Source of the DNA: Mytilus edulis
Taxonomy: Eukaryota
DNA length: 64,000 bases
Direction: 5' to 3'
Assembly (NCBI RefSeq): GCF_963676685.1
Contig: NC_092346.1
Location: 32,922,001-32,986,000, forward strand
The translations under genes were made by a program, and so were the position numbers. Shown piece after piece: positions 37,815 to 48,324 of the stretch (within the stretch, counting starts at the first letter, position 1; each line of letters begins with the position of its first letter). The notes below the pieces were generated by a model that saw nothing but the letters and a program-made list of their open reading frames with translations, had not been told where the DNA came from and did no database searches.

Positions 37815-38629
37815 ATCAGATTGCCGATTTTTTGGCTTATTTATTTCATTCTGGTTTGCAATATAGGACAATAGCAGGTTATCGATCTATGTTATCTGCA
37901 GTGTTACCTCCAGTGCAAAATTTTCCTGTCGGCCAACATCCTAACATAGTTAGAATTATCAAAGGTGTTTTTAATTCTAGACCTCCTAAGGTTAAAATTC
38001 TGCCTGAATGGAACTTAGAATTATTGTTACTGGCTCTTGAGAAGAAACCTTTTGAGCCTATGCAAGAAGTTGATTTAAAGCATGTAACTTTAAAAACAGT
38101 GTTTTTAGTTGCCATAACTACATTCAGAAGATGTAGTGATTTGCAAAGTCTCCGTATTGATGACAAGTCAATGAGAGTTCAAAGTAAGGGTATTACTTTT
38201 GTAAGACATGGCTTAGCCAAGCAAGATAGACAAAAACATTTTGGAGAAAAATTATTTGTTCCCAGTTTTCCAGAGAAAACTTTAATAGATCCAAAAAGAG
38301 CTCTTTCAGTTTATTTGGATAAAACTAAGAATTTTCGAGGAAAGTTGAGTGAATCAGAAAGAATTAAGCTTTTTCTGGGAATAAATGAACCGCACAAACC
38401 GGTATCAACAGCAACTATTTCAAGTTGGATTGTACAGGCTATTAGAATAGCATATAATGATGACAATATGAAAGTAAATGCACATTCCACATGTGCTATA
38501 GCTCCAAGTTGGGCTTTGTACAAGGGAGCTTCTTTGAAATCAATTCTAGATTCTGCCGACTGGGCAGTTGAATCAACATTCACAAAGTTTTATTTGCGAG
38601 ATTTTGATGCCACTAAAGTTTTAGAATAG
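35768..38629 (+). CDS. DIRS tyrosine recombinase ORF (long N-terminal part overlaps pol)
   Basis: TIAGYRSML, LKTVFLVAITTFRRCSDL, HSTC (normally HSTR), ADW and FTKFY; 953 aa without stops. Confidence 0.92.
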   Translation: MFNDVYRDSGRGASKIFSSKLENDNNRSVGTFYNRGRLQTGISSKTCMDRHQENNTISQKRRYIFGRNKFFIRKRCYRKSIFSGISHRFLQYTISGAKEKRENETCDKFKTIKCTSKESPFQDGHNEQSHKSSETKRLGNFNRSERCIFPCTNFSETSSVHEVLHSKSMLSMESNVLWPNMCSSNFYKTGVSSSCISENSKYQNVSIFRRLVDSQSKPTAISSGASEMSQSVGFTRLYDKHRQIEPSSKSSDNLLRGSFSFRQGPSLSNNGKDRKITDFTRKNDFRSEFGSRFFENFGDDGIMHRIDSQCSSVYETHPTSFVKFLETSQQKYVGTCSIDTTSEIPSFMVEKFSQHSERPIFAIAENQCDHNDRCFNERLWGSYGKTDFSGSLELRTETLAHKLFGNESCNFDSSAFSEDFEGKMCSDKERQHKRSAIHKSSRGDEVTKFMLLDLGAMADSNSKQHSIESSPYNGQEECFGRSFESGKGLSHRMVSEQVNSAADFSDMGNSFDRFVCVMGKSPDRNLLHLDSSSQCSGLGCSDNSLGEHVRVCVSPNLSDSKDIAIYEAVPLSDYLDCTPVAKETLVHRDFTVTDSMPNKTTSNGQFVVSVQNENVSSKSRNIKSDSMASFDRRFKTEGFSESARTLLSASWRDGTKKDYSSKFEKFNSWCGERQIDPYSANLNQIADFLAYLFHSGLQYRTIAGYRSMLSAVLPPVQNFPVGQHPNIVRIIKGVFNSRPPKVKILPEWNLELLLLALEKKPFEPMQEVDLKHVTLKTVFLVAITTFRRCSDLQSLRIDDKSMRVQSKGITFVRHGLAKQDRQKHFGEKLFVPSFPEKTLIDPKRALSVYLDKTKNFRGKLSESERIKLFLGINEPHKPVSTATISSWIVQAIRIAYNDDNMKVNAHSTCAIAPSWALYKGASLKSILDSADWAVESTFTKFYLRDFDATKVLE

Positions 38630-38843
38630 GATATAAGCATACAAATTCATTTATTTGTATGATATTTTATTTGTATTTGCAGTATAACATGTAGCTGTAT
38701 ATAGATGTAAATAGTGGGTTTTTTGTTATGGTGGTAGTATTTTATCCTGTTGGAAAGATATTTGTTTGTGGATTTTTTCTTGAAGAAAAGGAAATTCATC
38801 CACCACCGTTGAATGAATTCAACACTGCTTTGGAATCAGTGAG

Positions 38844-38959
38844 TATTCTAATTTAATAAATGTCAATTTTCACTGGTAGGTATAATGAATATTATTAAAA
38901 ATGGAACAATTTGTTCCCAAGTTGAGATTTTTAATAATAGAGTTATACCTACCAGTGAA
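38844..38959. other. DIRS internal complementary region (ICR)
   Basis: First half is the reverse complement of the left end (aataatattcattatacctaccag...), second half of the right end (...gggaacaaattgttccattttt). Confidence 0.92.
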
Positions 38960-39880
38960 GGGGCCACCACCATCCCCCAGATGAATTTCGAGATACATGT
39001 AAGTGTAGATTGAAGGAACATGACAAAAATCAAAACTGATGAGAATACCTGTATATTTACCTGTAGTGGGGTGTATTACACAGGTAAGGTGATCGGACAT
39101 CCTAGGGATGTTTTTATTTCTAGATCTTCTAGATGTTTGCGATGAGAACTAGTTAACACGAATTATATTCTAATTTAATAAATGTCAATTTTCACTGGTA
39201 GGTATAACTCTATTATTAAAAATCTCAACTTGGGAACAAATTGTTCCATTTTTGATATAGTTTAGACTGTTGGTTTTCCATTTCAATGATTTACACTAGT
39301 CATTTTTAGGGCCCTTTTTAGCCTGCTGTTCATTGTAAGCCAAGGCTCAGTGTTGAAGACTGTACTTTGACCTATAATGGTTTACTTTTACAAATTATGA
39401 CTTAGATGGAGAGTTGTGTCATTGGCACTCATACCACATCTTCTTATATCTATAAAAAGTAATTTTATTAAATGCTCATTGTTTCCATTTAATAAGTATT
39501 AACAATGGAAGGTACACATATTTTTGTAAGGACATTATCTGAAACTATTTGCACAAGATTTGCATTTACACACTTAATTTGCTTCATATACATGTAAATA
39601 AAAAATACCAATCTTATTTACACATATATACAATGGGAGATAACTGCTATATTTTAGAAAAGTTTTCTGTTGTACTATTTTATAAGATTATATACAGATT
39701 GCTTTTAAACTTTTTAAAAATGGTAATAAATATATGAAAAAAACCTTAAAAACAGATGGACTGATGCATGTATCACATGATAAGGTATGAAACTATTTTT
39801 AAACTTTGAGGAAGTGAAATCTTTTGGAATCACCGACATTGAACATGAAAAAAACCATAAATGAGTCCTCAAAACCATTA

Positions 39881-40069
39881 GGGCTATTCCATTAAAATGT
39901 ATATGGGAGGTTAGTAAGGGACTTTTAAAATATCCCTACAACCAAGAACCATTTTGTAGATAATTTTGAATAATAGTAATAGAAGCATACTGAAAATAGA
40001 CCCATGACCCACATTCAATAATTAAACTTCCCTTCCTACCATCCCACTAACATTTTAATGGAATAGCCC
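39881..40069. mobile_element. MITE with GGG...CCC termini and TTA duplication (PIF/Harbinger-like)
   Basis: tta|gggctattccattaaaatgt ... acattttaatggaatagccc|tta. Confidence 0.7.
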
Positions 40070-40258
40070 TTAATGGATATTTTATATGATATGGCCTCTA
40101 GAAATCCAAGATTTTCAACAGTTTATCATTGATCCATATGAGGAATACATGTAGTATATCCTGCTTGCACTATTTCAGTAACCATGCTTCTATCCAAGTG
40201 AGTAATTTTGGAGCCTCAAGTTTATTTTATTTTACATTTTCTATTTTGATATATTTAG

Positions 40259-40386
40259 GAGGACCAGTACCCCATTGAGAGATACCGATGATTCTGATCA
40301 CCAATGTAAAGACCATACTGGAGGGATAGTGGTAATAGCCTTCAATACTAAATCAGAGAGAACAATACATAGAGGCACATGTTTAG
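40259..40386 (+). CDS. EIF2AK4: GCN2 exon 7 (entry into the pseudokinase domain)
   Basis: RTSTPLRDTDD...TIHRGTCLG; H[RK]GxC[LI]G is characteristic of GCN2; phase 2-1. Confidence 0.88.
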
Positions 40387-40649
40387 GTAATGTTTTCACT
40401 TTATCCATCCCATTGTTTAGAAGTGTAAAGTGGGTAAATGCACAATTTTTCATAAACAAATGTACAGAATTTAACGAATGTACAGAATTTGTCATCGAAA
40501 TTTTTATGAGAAAATATAGTATTTTTTTCTCTCGAAAGTATGTTTGGATATTTAAGCAGGAAATGGTCTGTATATCACTGTTTTCACTGCTTCACTAGGT
40601 TAAACATATTTATTTATAGTGGATTTGGAAACAAGTTTTGCAACTTATA

Positions 40650-40945
40650 TTAATCCCTTTCCACTTTGCAGGTGCGAGTGCTGCCTTGTAGCGGCATTAG
40701 CTTGCTCTTTTACGAAATCTACAAGGGTGTCTTTAAGGTGCATGAGATATGGCTCTCTCTTAACACTGGTCAGCCATTTATCATCCCCTTCTGACGGACT
40801 ATCATCGTTTCCTCGAGACCATACTCGCAAATGGTGTTAAGGGAGAGCCGAAATTCAGTCCCTGAAACTTTCATCTTGGAAAGGGAATGGAACCAGGGAC
40901 CTTTGTGTTAGAAGTCCGCTGCACTAACTACTACACCACGGCTTC
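40650..40945 (-). mobile_element. tRNA-derived SINE
   Basis: Minus strand begins gaagccgtggtgtagtagttagtgc (A box) ... ggttccattcc (B box), followed by a non-tRNA body containing gcaccttaaagacaccc (resembles the Meta-domain SINE core). Confidence 0.7.
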
Positions 40946-41215
40946 ACTGTTTTTCTACAAAGCACAGGACAGTAAGGAGTGTTTTGAAACTTCAACACTA
41001 TTATTGTCTTTTGATGTTGAATGTCCATTCATCCATATTTATTCAATCTTAATTGACTAGGATTGTAAGTTTTTCTATCGAAGGTTGGTGTTTTTCTCCA
41101 GGCACTCTGGCTTCCTCCACCAATAAGAACTGGCCACTATGAAATAGCCTAAATGGGGTGCTTAAAAGTGGCATTACACACCAAAAATCAAATAAAAAAT
41201 CCATATGTTTTGTAG

Positions 41216-41280
41216 GTCACAGTGTCCATGGAAGTACAGTGTATGCTGGGATAGATACATCCAGTGGAGAATTAGTAGCT
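41216..41280 (+). pseudogene. Duplicated 5' fragment of GCN2 exon 8 with its acceptor
   Basis: 65-nt copy of 41319-41383 with 4 differences; the frame hits TAA at ~41296. Confidence 0.85.
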
Positions 41281-41318
41281 TTATGCAAATTATTTTAAGA
41301 TAACATATGTTTTTGTAG

Positions 41319-41479
41319 GTCATAGCGTCCATGGTAGTACAGTGTATGCTGGGATAGATACAGCCAGTGGAGAATTAGTAGCTATATCAGAATGGGTTTT
41401 AAAGTGGCGCCATATAAAACAGAAAAGAACTCAAAGAGTTGATTATGAAGACAAAGAGGGTGCTACTTACTTAAAACAG
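41319..41479 (+). CDS. EIF2AK4: GCN2 exon 8 (pseudokinase)
   Basis: HSVHGSTVYAGIDTASGELVAISEWVLKW...YLKQ; phase 1-0. Confidence 0.9.
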
Positions 41480-41851
41480 GTACATGAGTGAAATGAGTTA
41501 AAAAATGTAATTGGTCAATGTCGTTGAGAGGACAACTTAAAAATGTGAAAACACTTTGAGATTAATAAGAAAACTAAGAGGACAACATGCCTTCAAGCTC
41601 TAGGTAGAATTTTTCTCATGCTGCAATTTTGTTATGAACATTTATCCGTGTTTGTCGATTTGTTTTAAAATTATAGGCAATGATTTGAATTTAACAGACT
41701 TATGATCAAGTAGTGCAAGTGTTAGTTGCAGGATAACATCAACGTATGTATATTTTTGAAAATATAGAATGTACTCACTACGAAACAGGAGAAAAGCTTT
41801 AATATTTTTATTTTTATATTGTCCAACAATCAACATGTATTGTATATATAC

Positions 41852-41985
41852 CAGCTGAAGGATGCCTCCGGGTGTGGGAGTTTCTCACTGCATTGAAGAC
41901 CTATTAGTGACCTTCTGCTGTTGTCTGTTCTATCGTCTGGTTGTTGTCTCTTTGACACCTTCCCCATTTCCATTCTCAATTTTAT
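41852..41985 (+). repeat. Interspersed repeat (related copies at ~16500-16620 and ~59060-59282)
   Basis: ccagctgaagg..gcctccgggtg.ggga.tttctc...ttgttgtctctttgacac...tttccattctcaattttat. Confidence 0.75.
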
Positions 41986-42605
41986 GTCTCACTTATGACC
42001 AATTTACATTTAAAAATCCGAGTTGTTTCCCTTTGAATATATATTTTTTTGTGTTTGCATATCTTTTGTGCAGTTGTCGGTAACTTTTAATGAATGTAAT
42101 TTTTTTAAATTTGAATACAAAGAAATGTGGGTACATGTAAATGAGACAACAACCCAATGACATAAATAACCAGAAAGTATAGAGAAAATGAAAACTAAAG
42201 AGACTTTAGAAAATTAAGAGAATAAAGGCATAGAAACAAACAACTTTCCACAAGGCCCCAGATAGAAGATTAAAGATAAAGCAATGACAATGAAACTCAG
42301 TAAGGGTGAACTGAGGGGTGTGAAAGGGTAGGCAAGTCCTAGTATAATAGTGACACCAAAAGGTGTGAAAAATTTTGGTGTTTTATGTGATGTCATGTAT
42401 TTTGTTGATGATTATCCACCTTATCCCTCTTTTTACATTATAACAAGCTAAAGGCAAAAATGTTTGTAAAAATTGAATTTATGAGAGAAAATGGCTAATG
42501 ATCTTAAAAAAAAGTGAATGTTTTATGATGTTCAAAGTTCAAGTATTGCAGATGTCCAAATGGCAATACAAATATGGTATCAAAGTTTTTGCTTTTTTAT
42601 TCCAG

Positions 42606-42716
42606 ATTACAAGCATTGAACAAGAAATACACAGCTTGATTCGATTACGACATAAAAATCTTATTCACTACTTAGCTATTAAATATATTCAGGAAGCTGG
42701 GAAATGTACAGTTTAT
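42606..42716 (+). CDS. EIF2AK4: GCN2 exon 9 (pseudokinase)
   Basis: ITSIEQEIHSLIRLRHKNLIHYLAIKYIQEAGKCTVY|gtaagt; kinase subdomain III-IV pattern. Confidence 0.92.
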
Positions 42717-44684
42717 GTAAGTTAATATGAATAAAGATTTTAGCAATTTTTTGAGAAAAATTCATAAATGTCAGAATTTTTGTTGAAAATAAATTTTCTA
42801 AGCGTAATGTGGGCTTGGTTGAATTTTTAACACATAAAAAAATCAAATGATTAAGCGTGAAAATGAGAAACGAAGACAGCCAGGACATGGGTAATTACAT
42901 GTGCTATTTTGGCAATGAGAAGCGGGATACAGGATTCTCACTAAATAAGCGTGATCTGGGATCAGACCCCACAATGAGACCTCCTTAGAGATCCTCGTTT
43001 CTAGTGTAGATAGGAAGCAGATTCAGTATTTTCATATGTGCCACAGGAAATCCTGATCTATATGATTAGAATTGCTGCATGTTAATCTCAATTATACTGC
43101 TAATAAGTATTTAGATGAACCTGTTATTAACTTGTAAAATCAGTTCAGCAGAATATGGAAAGTATATAAATGGAATGTACATATGGTACCCTTGAAATGC
43201 ACTGTTCCTGTCAAATGCCAAACACAACAATTTTTATGCCCAATTTTTATGCCCCATTTATTATTCCCATATTATGGGCATTATGTTTTCTGATCTGTGG
43301 GTCTGTTTGTCTGTCCGTTCGTCCATCCGCACATTCGTTAGTTTGTCCTGCTTCAGGTTAAAGTTTTTGGCCTCAAGTCTGTGCGTCAGCTCATTTTTGT
43401 TGGACTTTTTGGCGCCTGGAGTCTGTGCCTCTGTTTCTTTTTTGTGTCTCATATGCATTTTTTGGATCCTTGAGTCTGGGTGTCAGATCATTTTTCATGA
43501 ATCATTTAAAAGCAAATCTTTATGAAATTGTCCAGTACAATACATCCCAATCTGATCACTTATGCCTACATTTTACAGTTGCCTTAGTTGCTCAATGTAA
43601 CATGCCCAAATAAACTACTTGAGACAATGAATATCATTTCATGTATCACAAACTCATTTTTCTTTTGATTGTCAAATTTTTAGAAACATTCAGGATGAGA
43701 TCCATTATATTTTGTATATTTGTTGTTGCGTAGCCTGACATCAAATCTAGCAACCTATAGAAATGAACTGACATTTTCTTTATGTTTGTTAGACTCTAAG
43801 CATGTTATTTATTATGAATGAATGATATACTGGTAAGACACTTTCATGCTCCCACACTTGTCGATCACTCTATTATACAGTAAGTTTAGAATGTAATGTT
43901 TACATTTATCAATGTAATTCTTTGTCAGTTAACTTTTTTGTCCAGCAATTTTTTAAAGCTAGTTTTCAGTCTCAGTTGATGAGTTGTCTAAGTAGTTCAT
44001 CTACACTAGCAAGTCAACATTGAGGTGGTGAATAACCTCATCATAGATACCAGGATTGAAATTTTATATTTACGCCAGACACGCGTTTTGTCTACAAAAG
44101 ACTCATCAGTGACGCTCGAATCAAAAACTATTGAGTTTCAACTCAATTTGGCAAGGTGCTTTTGACTCAGATTTCAATTGACTAGAATGGAGTTTGCCTG
44201 CTTTAGGTTGGTGGGTCTCTGTTGTTACTCGTGTTTTCTTCACCAATAAAACTAATCACTGTAGTATAGCTAATTGTCAGAAAAGTGGTTTTAGACACCA
44301 ACAATCAATCAATTAAATAACCAGTAATTGGTCGTTAGGTTGGTGGGGCTCTATTGGTACTCCTACTTTCTCCATCAATAAACTGGACACTAAACATAGC
44401 AAAAGGTGAAAGTTGTGTTAAACCCCAACAATCAATCAATCAAACAACCAGTAATTTGACAGATTTTTGGTTGGTCTCTGTTTGTGCTTTTTCACCAATA
44501 AAACTGATCACATAATATAGCCAAGTGTGAAGGTGGTGTTAAACACCAACAATTAATCAATCAAGAAATCCAGTAATTGGGCATATTTTTCAGGGATATC
44601 TGTTGATACTCCTGCTTCCTCCACAAATAAAATCAATCAATTGATCAATATGAACTTTCATTTCTACCTGTGATAACTGCTTAA

Positions 44685-45243
44685 GGGGGCTCGCAGGTAT
44701 AAACCAATTTTTTTTTCAATATTGGATTTCCCTATATTTTTCTATAAATGAACTTCATCTTATACTTAATAGAAATATAGAATAAAAACATGGGGTCACC
44801 GTTCATTTAATCTCACAATCTGCCTTCGAGAGAAGCATACATTTTTGTAAAATTACTTTTTTTCTGTTGAACTAATAGGAGAAATAAAGATAATATCGAA
44901 ATAAAAAAAGAACATAATTACAGAAATCACCCAAAATTTTACAATAAAGTAGTTAAAATACAGCTTATTTAAAAAAAATAATGAAAAAATACAGGTCACC
45001 GATGAGTTAAAAAAGATATTTCAATTTTAATGCAAAAAAAAGGCATTTTTGCACCAAAGGGAGATAATTTGGAGCTTTTTCTATGATATATACATTTTGA
45101 AAGTCATCTGGGGTCAAAACGAATTGACTTTTTGGAATGATTTTTGCTGTTTAATAAATTAACAACTAATAAAGTAAAAAAAAAAATTGTAATGAAAAAA
45201 AAAAATTAAAAAAAATCTGAAATTTTTATAACCATGAGCCTCC
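44685..45243. mobile_element. TTAA-flanked MITE (Kolobok-like); paralogous copy at 54033-54558
   Basis: ttaa|gggggctcgcaggtataaa ... tttataaccatgagcctcc|taaa; copy B ends aagcctcc|ttaa. Confidence 0.65.
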
Positions 45244-45906
45244 TAAACGAATAATTAACTCATCAATCAACAAATCAATCAATCAATTGATCAATATATA
45301 CTTTCATTTCTAACTTTGATAACTGGGTAACGAAAAACCAACCAACCAATATTTAGAAAATATCTTCAGATCTTGTTGAATGTTGGAACAACCAACAAAA
45401 ATCAATCACCAACGGATCAACCAACCAAAAATTTATGTTAGTAAAGGGGGAGACGTCCATTGACAATTATTTCTACAATTGATTTTATTTTTTGATAGGG
45501 TTAATTATAATAATTCTGGTATATTCACTTATCATTGAAGACTGTTTGTTGATGCATATATTTCTCTTGTTTAGATCTCTTTTTTTTTGTTTTTAAGTTG
45601 CTGTCTTATTGTCAATACACTATGTCCCCCTTTCATACATATTTGTCAGATATCAAACTAAAAATAATTTCACTATCAATTAAGATAATTTTTATTATGA
45701 TCTTTGGCTTTAGTTGGGATCCATGGTATGCTTAAAAAGTAACATTTTGAATAAAAAGGGAAATAACTGTTATACAAGATATTGGTCTAATCAGTTCTGG
45801 TAAGTTCACTCGTAAGCTGTAAGTCCAGTTGTCATATGCATATGACATGAATATTGTTTGCCTTATACTATTTCACATATTTCTTTTTCATTAAAGTTTG
45901 AAAGTT

Positions 45907-47595
45907 TTAGAATCCTTCAATGTTTATTACATATAGCTTTGCATCTTTAGTTTGACTACCTGCAGCCCTAGTGCATCCTATATACAGTTGTCCAGTTGTG
46001 TTGAAGGCAAGAGAATATGGAAACTCTATTCCTATATCCTTGGTATTGAAATATGAAATCAAATGTCCATTGTCATTGAGGATGTGTAAGATGTCAGTAT
46101 CCAGATCCATCACAACAACATTGTCACTTGGTGTTGTCACAATGTGTACTGGTTTGAATGATTCACTCTTATTGATAGTTGGATGACCTGTATACTGGTT
46201 TATTATATGTCCTCCATATCCTAAGACCACTACTTTACCACTCCAATCATCTGAAATCTTATCCACTACATGTATATTTCCATTACTCGTAGTGGTTATA
46301 TACCTTGGTTTACTAAACATAGGTTGATTATGTTTATCATGTTCATACACAGCCTCCTTGTCTCCTTTCTTGTTCATTATGATCACAGCTCCTCTTTTTA
46401 GTTTACCATTACCAGCTCCTACTATAAGTTTATTGTCACTGATAACATGGATAGCATTGGGAAGTAAAGGTGATACATCATAAACAGAATCAGTCAGTTC
46501 ACCACTACTGCTGATTTGTTGTAACCTTGTTTCCCCCAAAACACACAGAAGGAGTTGATTAGATGGAGTAACTGCCATTCCATGCACTTTAATGTTAAAT
46601 TCAGACATCACCTTCAGATTGGTTCCTTCAGGTTTGACTCTCTGTAATACTCCAAAAGAACCAGAACTTATCCAAATTGACTGATCAAGGCATGGACTTA
46701 AAAATGCTATAACATCAAGTTCAGTCTGGTACTCATTATTGATGACTAGGGAGATGTTTATTTCTGATGATAAGTTCCCATCATCTTGTAATGATCCAAT
46801 GTTTGATTGGTTAATATTCCCTGGAACAAATTTTGGTGGAGAACTATAGTTTGGCTTGGTTTGTGGTTCTTGGATTTCAGTGGATTTCTCAATCTTCTTG
46901 ACATTTTTGAAAAACTCAGATGCATTGGAAAGGTCAATACAGTCCTCGACTTCATTTATTTTGTCCTCCTTCTGGGTTGTGAATAATGATATAGCATTCA
47001 GATCAGATTTAACTGATGTTAAAACAGTTTCATGATTCTTTTCCAATTTATTTTTGAGTTCTTTAAAATATTGTTCTACTAGTTCTTTTACAGTTTTCTT
47101 GTGACTAAGAATATTTTGATTTTCTTTGTGATACTTAACATTTTCAGCTGCCACTAATTTATTGAGCTCATCTTTCTTTTCACTCATGTTAGAATGACTC
47201 TTCTGCATTTGATTTTGTCTTTTTTTCAACATGTTTACTTTCAAGTTGTATGCATCTCTTATTTCGATTAAATCATGTGTCTTATGAACTTTGGCAAAGC
47301 ATGTTGGACACACAAGAATGTCACATGTATTACAGTAAAGACATGAGAATTGTCCAGCATGTTCATCACACTTAATATTGGTAAAATCCAGTTCTTCAGT
47401 ATGCAATCCAATCTCTTCTCTACTGATGATCTTATGATCAAGTGCGTTTTTGAATTGAGAATGTACATTTTCCTTGCAATGACTACACATCAGAATACTG
47501 CAATCCATGCATTTCCATTGTATAGATCTATCTGTTTCACATAATCCACATTTAACAGGTACTTGACCACTTCCATGTGGTTGAGGACATGCCAT
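45907..47595 (-). CDS. TRIM-like protein (two B-boxes, coiled coil, NHL-like beta-propeller, no RING), nested antisense in GCN2 intron 9
   Basis: CGLC..WKCMDC..MCSHC..H; CDEH...LYCNTCDILVCPTC..KVHKTH; helical middle; propeller repeats (GMAVTPSNQLL, PRYITTTSNGNIHVVD); 562-aa single ORF. Confidence 0.9.
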   Translation of the reverse strand: MACPQPHGSGQVPVKCGLCETDRSIQWKCMDCSILMCSHCKENVHSQFKNALDHKIISREEIGLHTEELDFTNIKCDEHAGQFSCLYCNTCDILVCPTCFAKVHKTHDLIEIRDAYNLKVNMLKKRQNQMQKSHSNMSEKKDELNKLVAAENVKYHKENQNILSHKKTVKELVEQYFKELKNKLEKNHETVLTSVKSDLNAISLFTTQKEDKINEVEDCIDLSNASEFFKNVKKIEKSTEIQEPQTKPNYSSPPKFVPGNINQSNIGSLQDDGNLSSEINISLVINNEYQTELDVIAFLSPCLDQSIWISSGSFGVLQRVKPEGTNLKVMSEFNIKVHGMAVTPSNQLLLCVLGETRLQQISSSGELTDSVYDVSPLLPNAIHVISDNKLIVGAGNGKLKRGAVIIMNKKGDKEAVYEHDKHNQPMFSKPRYITTTSNGNIHVVDKISDDWSGKVVVLGYGGHIINQYTGHPTINKSESFKPVHIVTTPSDNVVVMDLDTDILHILNDNGHLISYFNTKDIGIEFPYSLAFNTTGQLYIGCTRAAGSQTKDAKLYVINIEGF

Positions 47596-48324
47596 ATTAA
47601 GTTTGTCACAAGTTGTATGATATAGAAAAAAATATTCAGTTAAACTAATTTATTGGTGTAATGTAAATGTGTCATATGATTGTACCATAGTATCTATTTT
47701 TTGATAATGCACAAGATAGGTAGTTATGTATATTCAGTGATATCATATTTAAAATTGAGGATACTGATAAATATATGATAAACTTTTGATAAGTATAAGT
47801 TTTTCATAAAGTTTTAAAAAGGGGGGGTTCCTAACCCAGGACACAGGGGGGGGGGGGGGGGGGGGGTTCCAATTACATGTCCCCATTCAAATGCATTGAT
47901 CGTCAAAAAAAAAGGGGGGGTACCAACCCCCGGAACCCCCCCCCCCTTCTGGATCCGCGCCTGGGTCTTCGACACAAAGCTTTGGCTCTAATCGAACAGC
48001 AAGCTATAAAAGCCCCCAAAATGACCAGTTTAAACAATTTAAACAGGAAAACCAACAGTCTAATCTATATAAAAACAAGATACAAGAAACACTTAAAATC
48101 CAGCCCAACAAACGACAACCACTGATTAACAGATTTCTGACTTTGAACAGGTGGAAATAAATGCAACAGGTTTTAACATTTCAACAGGCACCAAACTTTA
48201 ACCTAACTTGAAATAGTACTGTAAAAATGAGTAATTGTTAGAGACTTGTAAAATAATTTCTTACGATCTTTGAGATTTAATCATAGGAAATGACATTATA
48301 TAAAACTAAAGTAATGCACTTCTC

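Larger units (their letters stand above)
33763..39253 (+). mobile_element. Full-length DIRS1-type tyrosine-recombinase retrotransposon in GCN2 intron 6
   Basis: Inverted terminal repeats ~33778-33952 / 39032-39206; right extension to 39253; internal complementary region 38844-38959; gag, RT/RH/MT and YR ORFs; T-run termini, no TSD. Confidence 0.96.
43660..47597. repeat. Segmental duplication copy A (copy B = ~49835-49883 plus 52928-57157)
   Basis: Colinear high similarity covering SINE tails, a MITE, the 3' flank and the TRIM CDS. Confidence 0.9.

Noticed and set aside
34072-38583. Minus-strand ORFs inside the DIRS element
   Set aside because: Antisense shadows of long coding frames; no motifs.
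40875-40945. tRNA gene
   Set aside because: Degenerate B box, no complete cloverleaf, continues into a SINE body.
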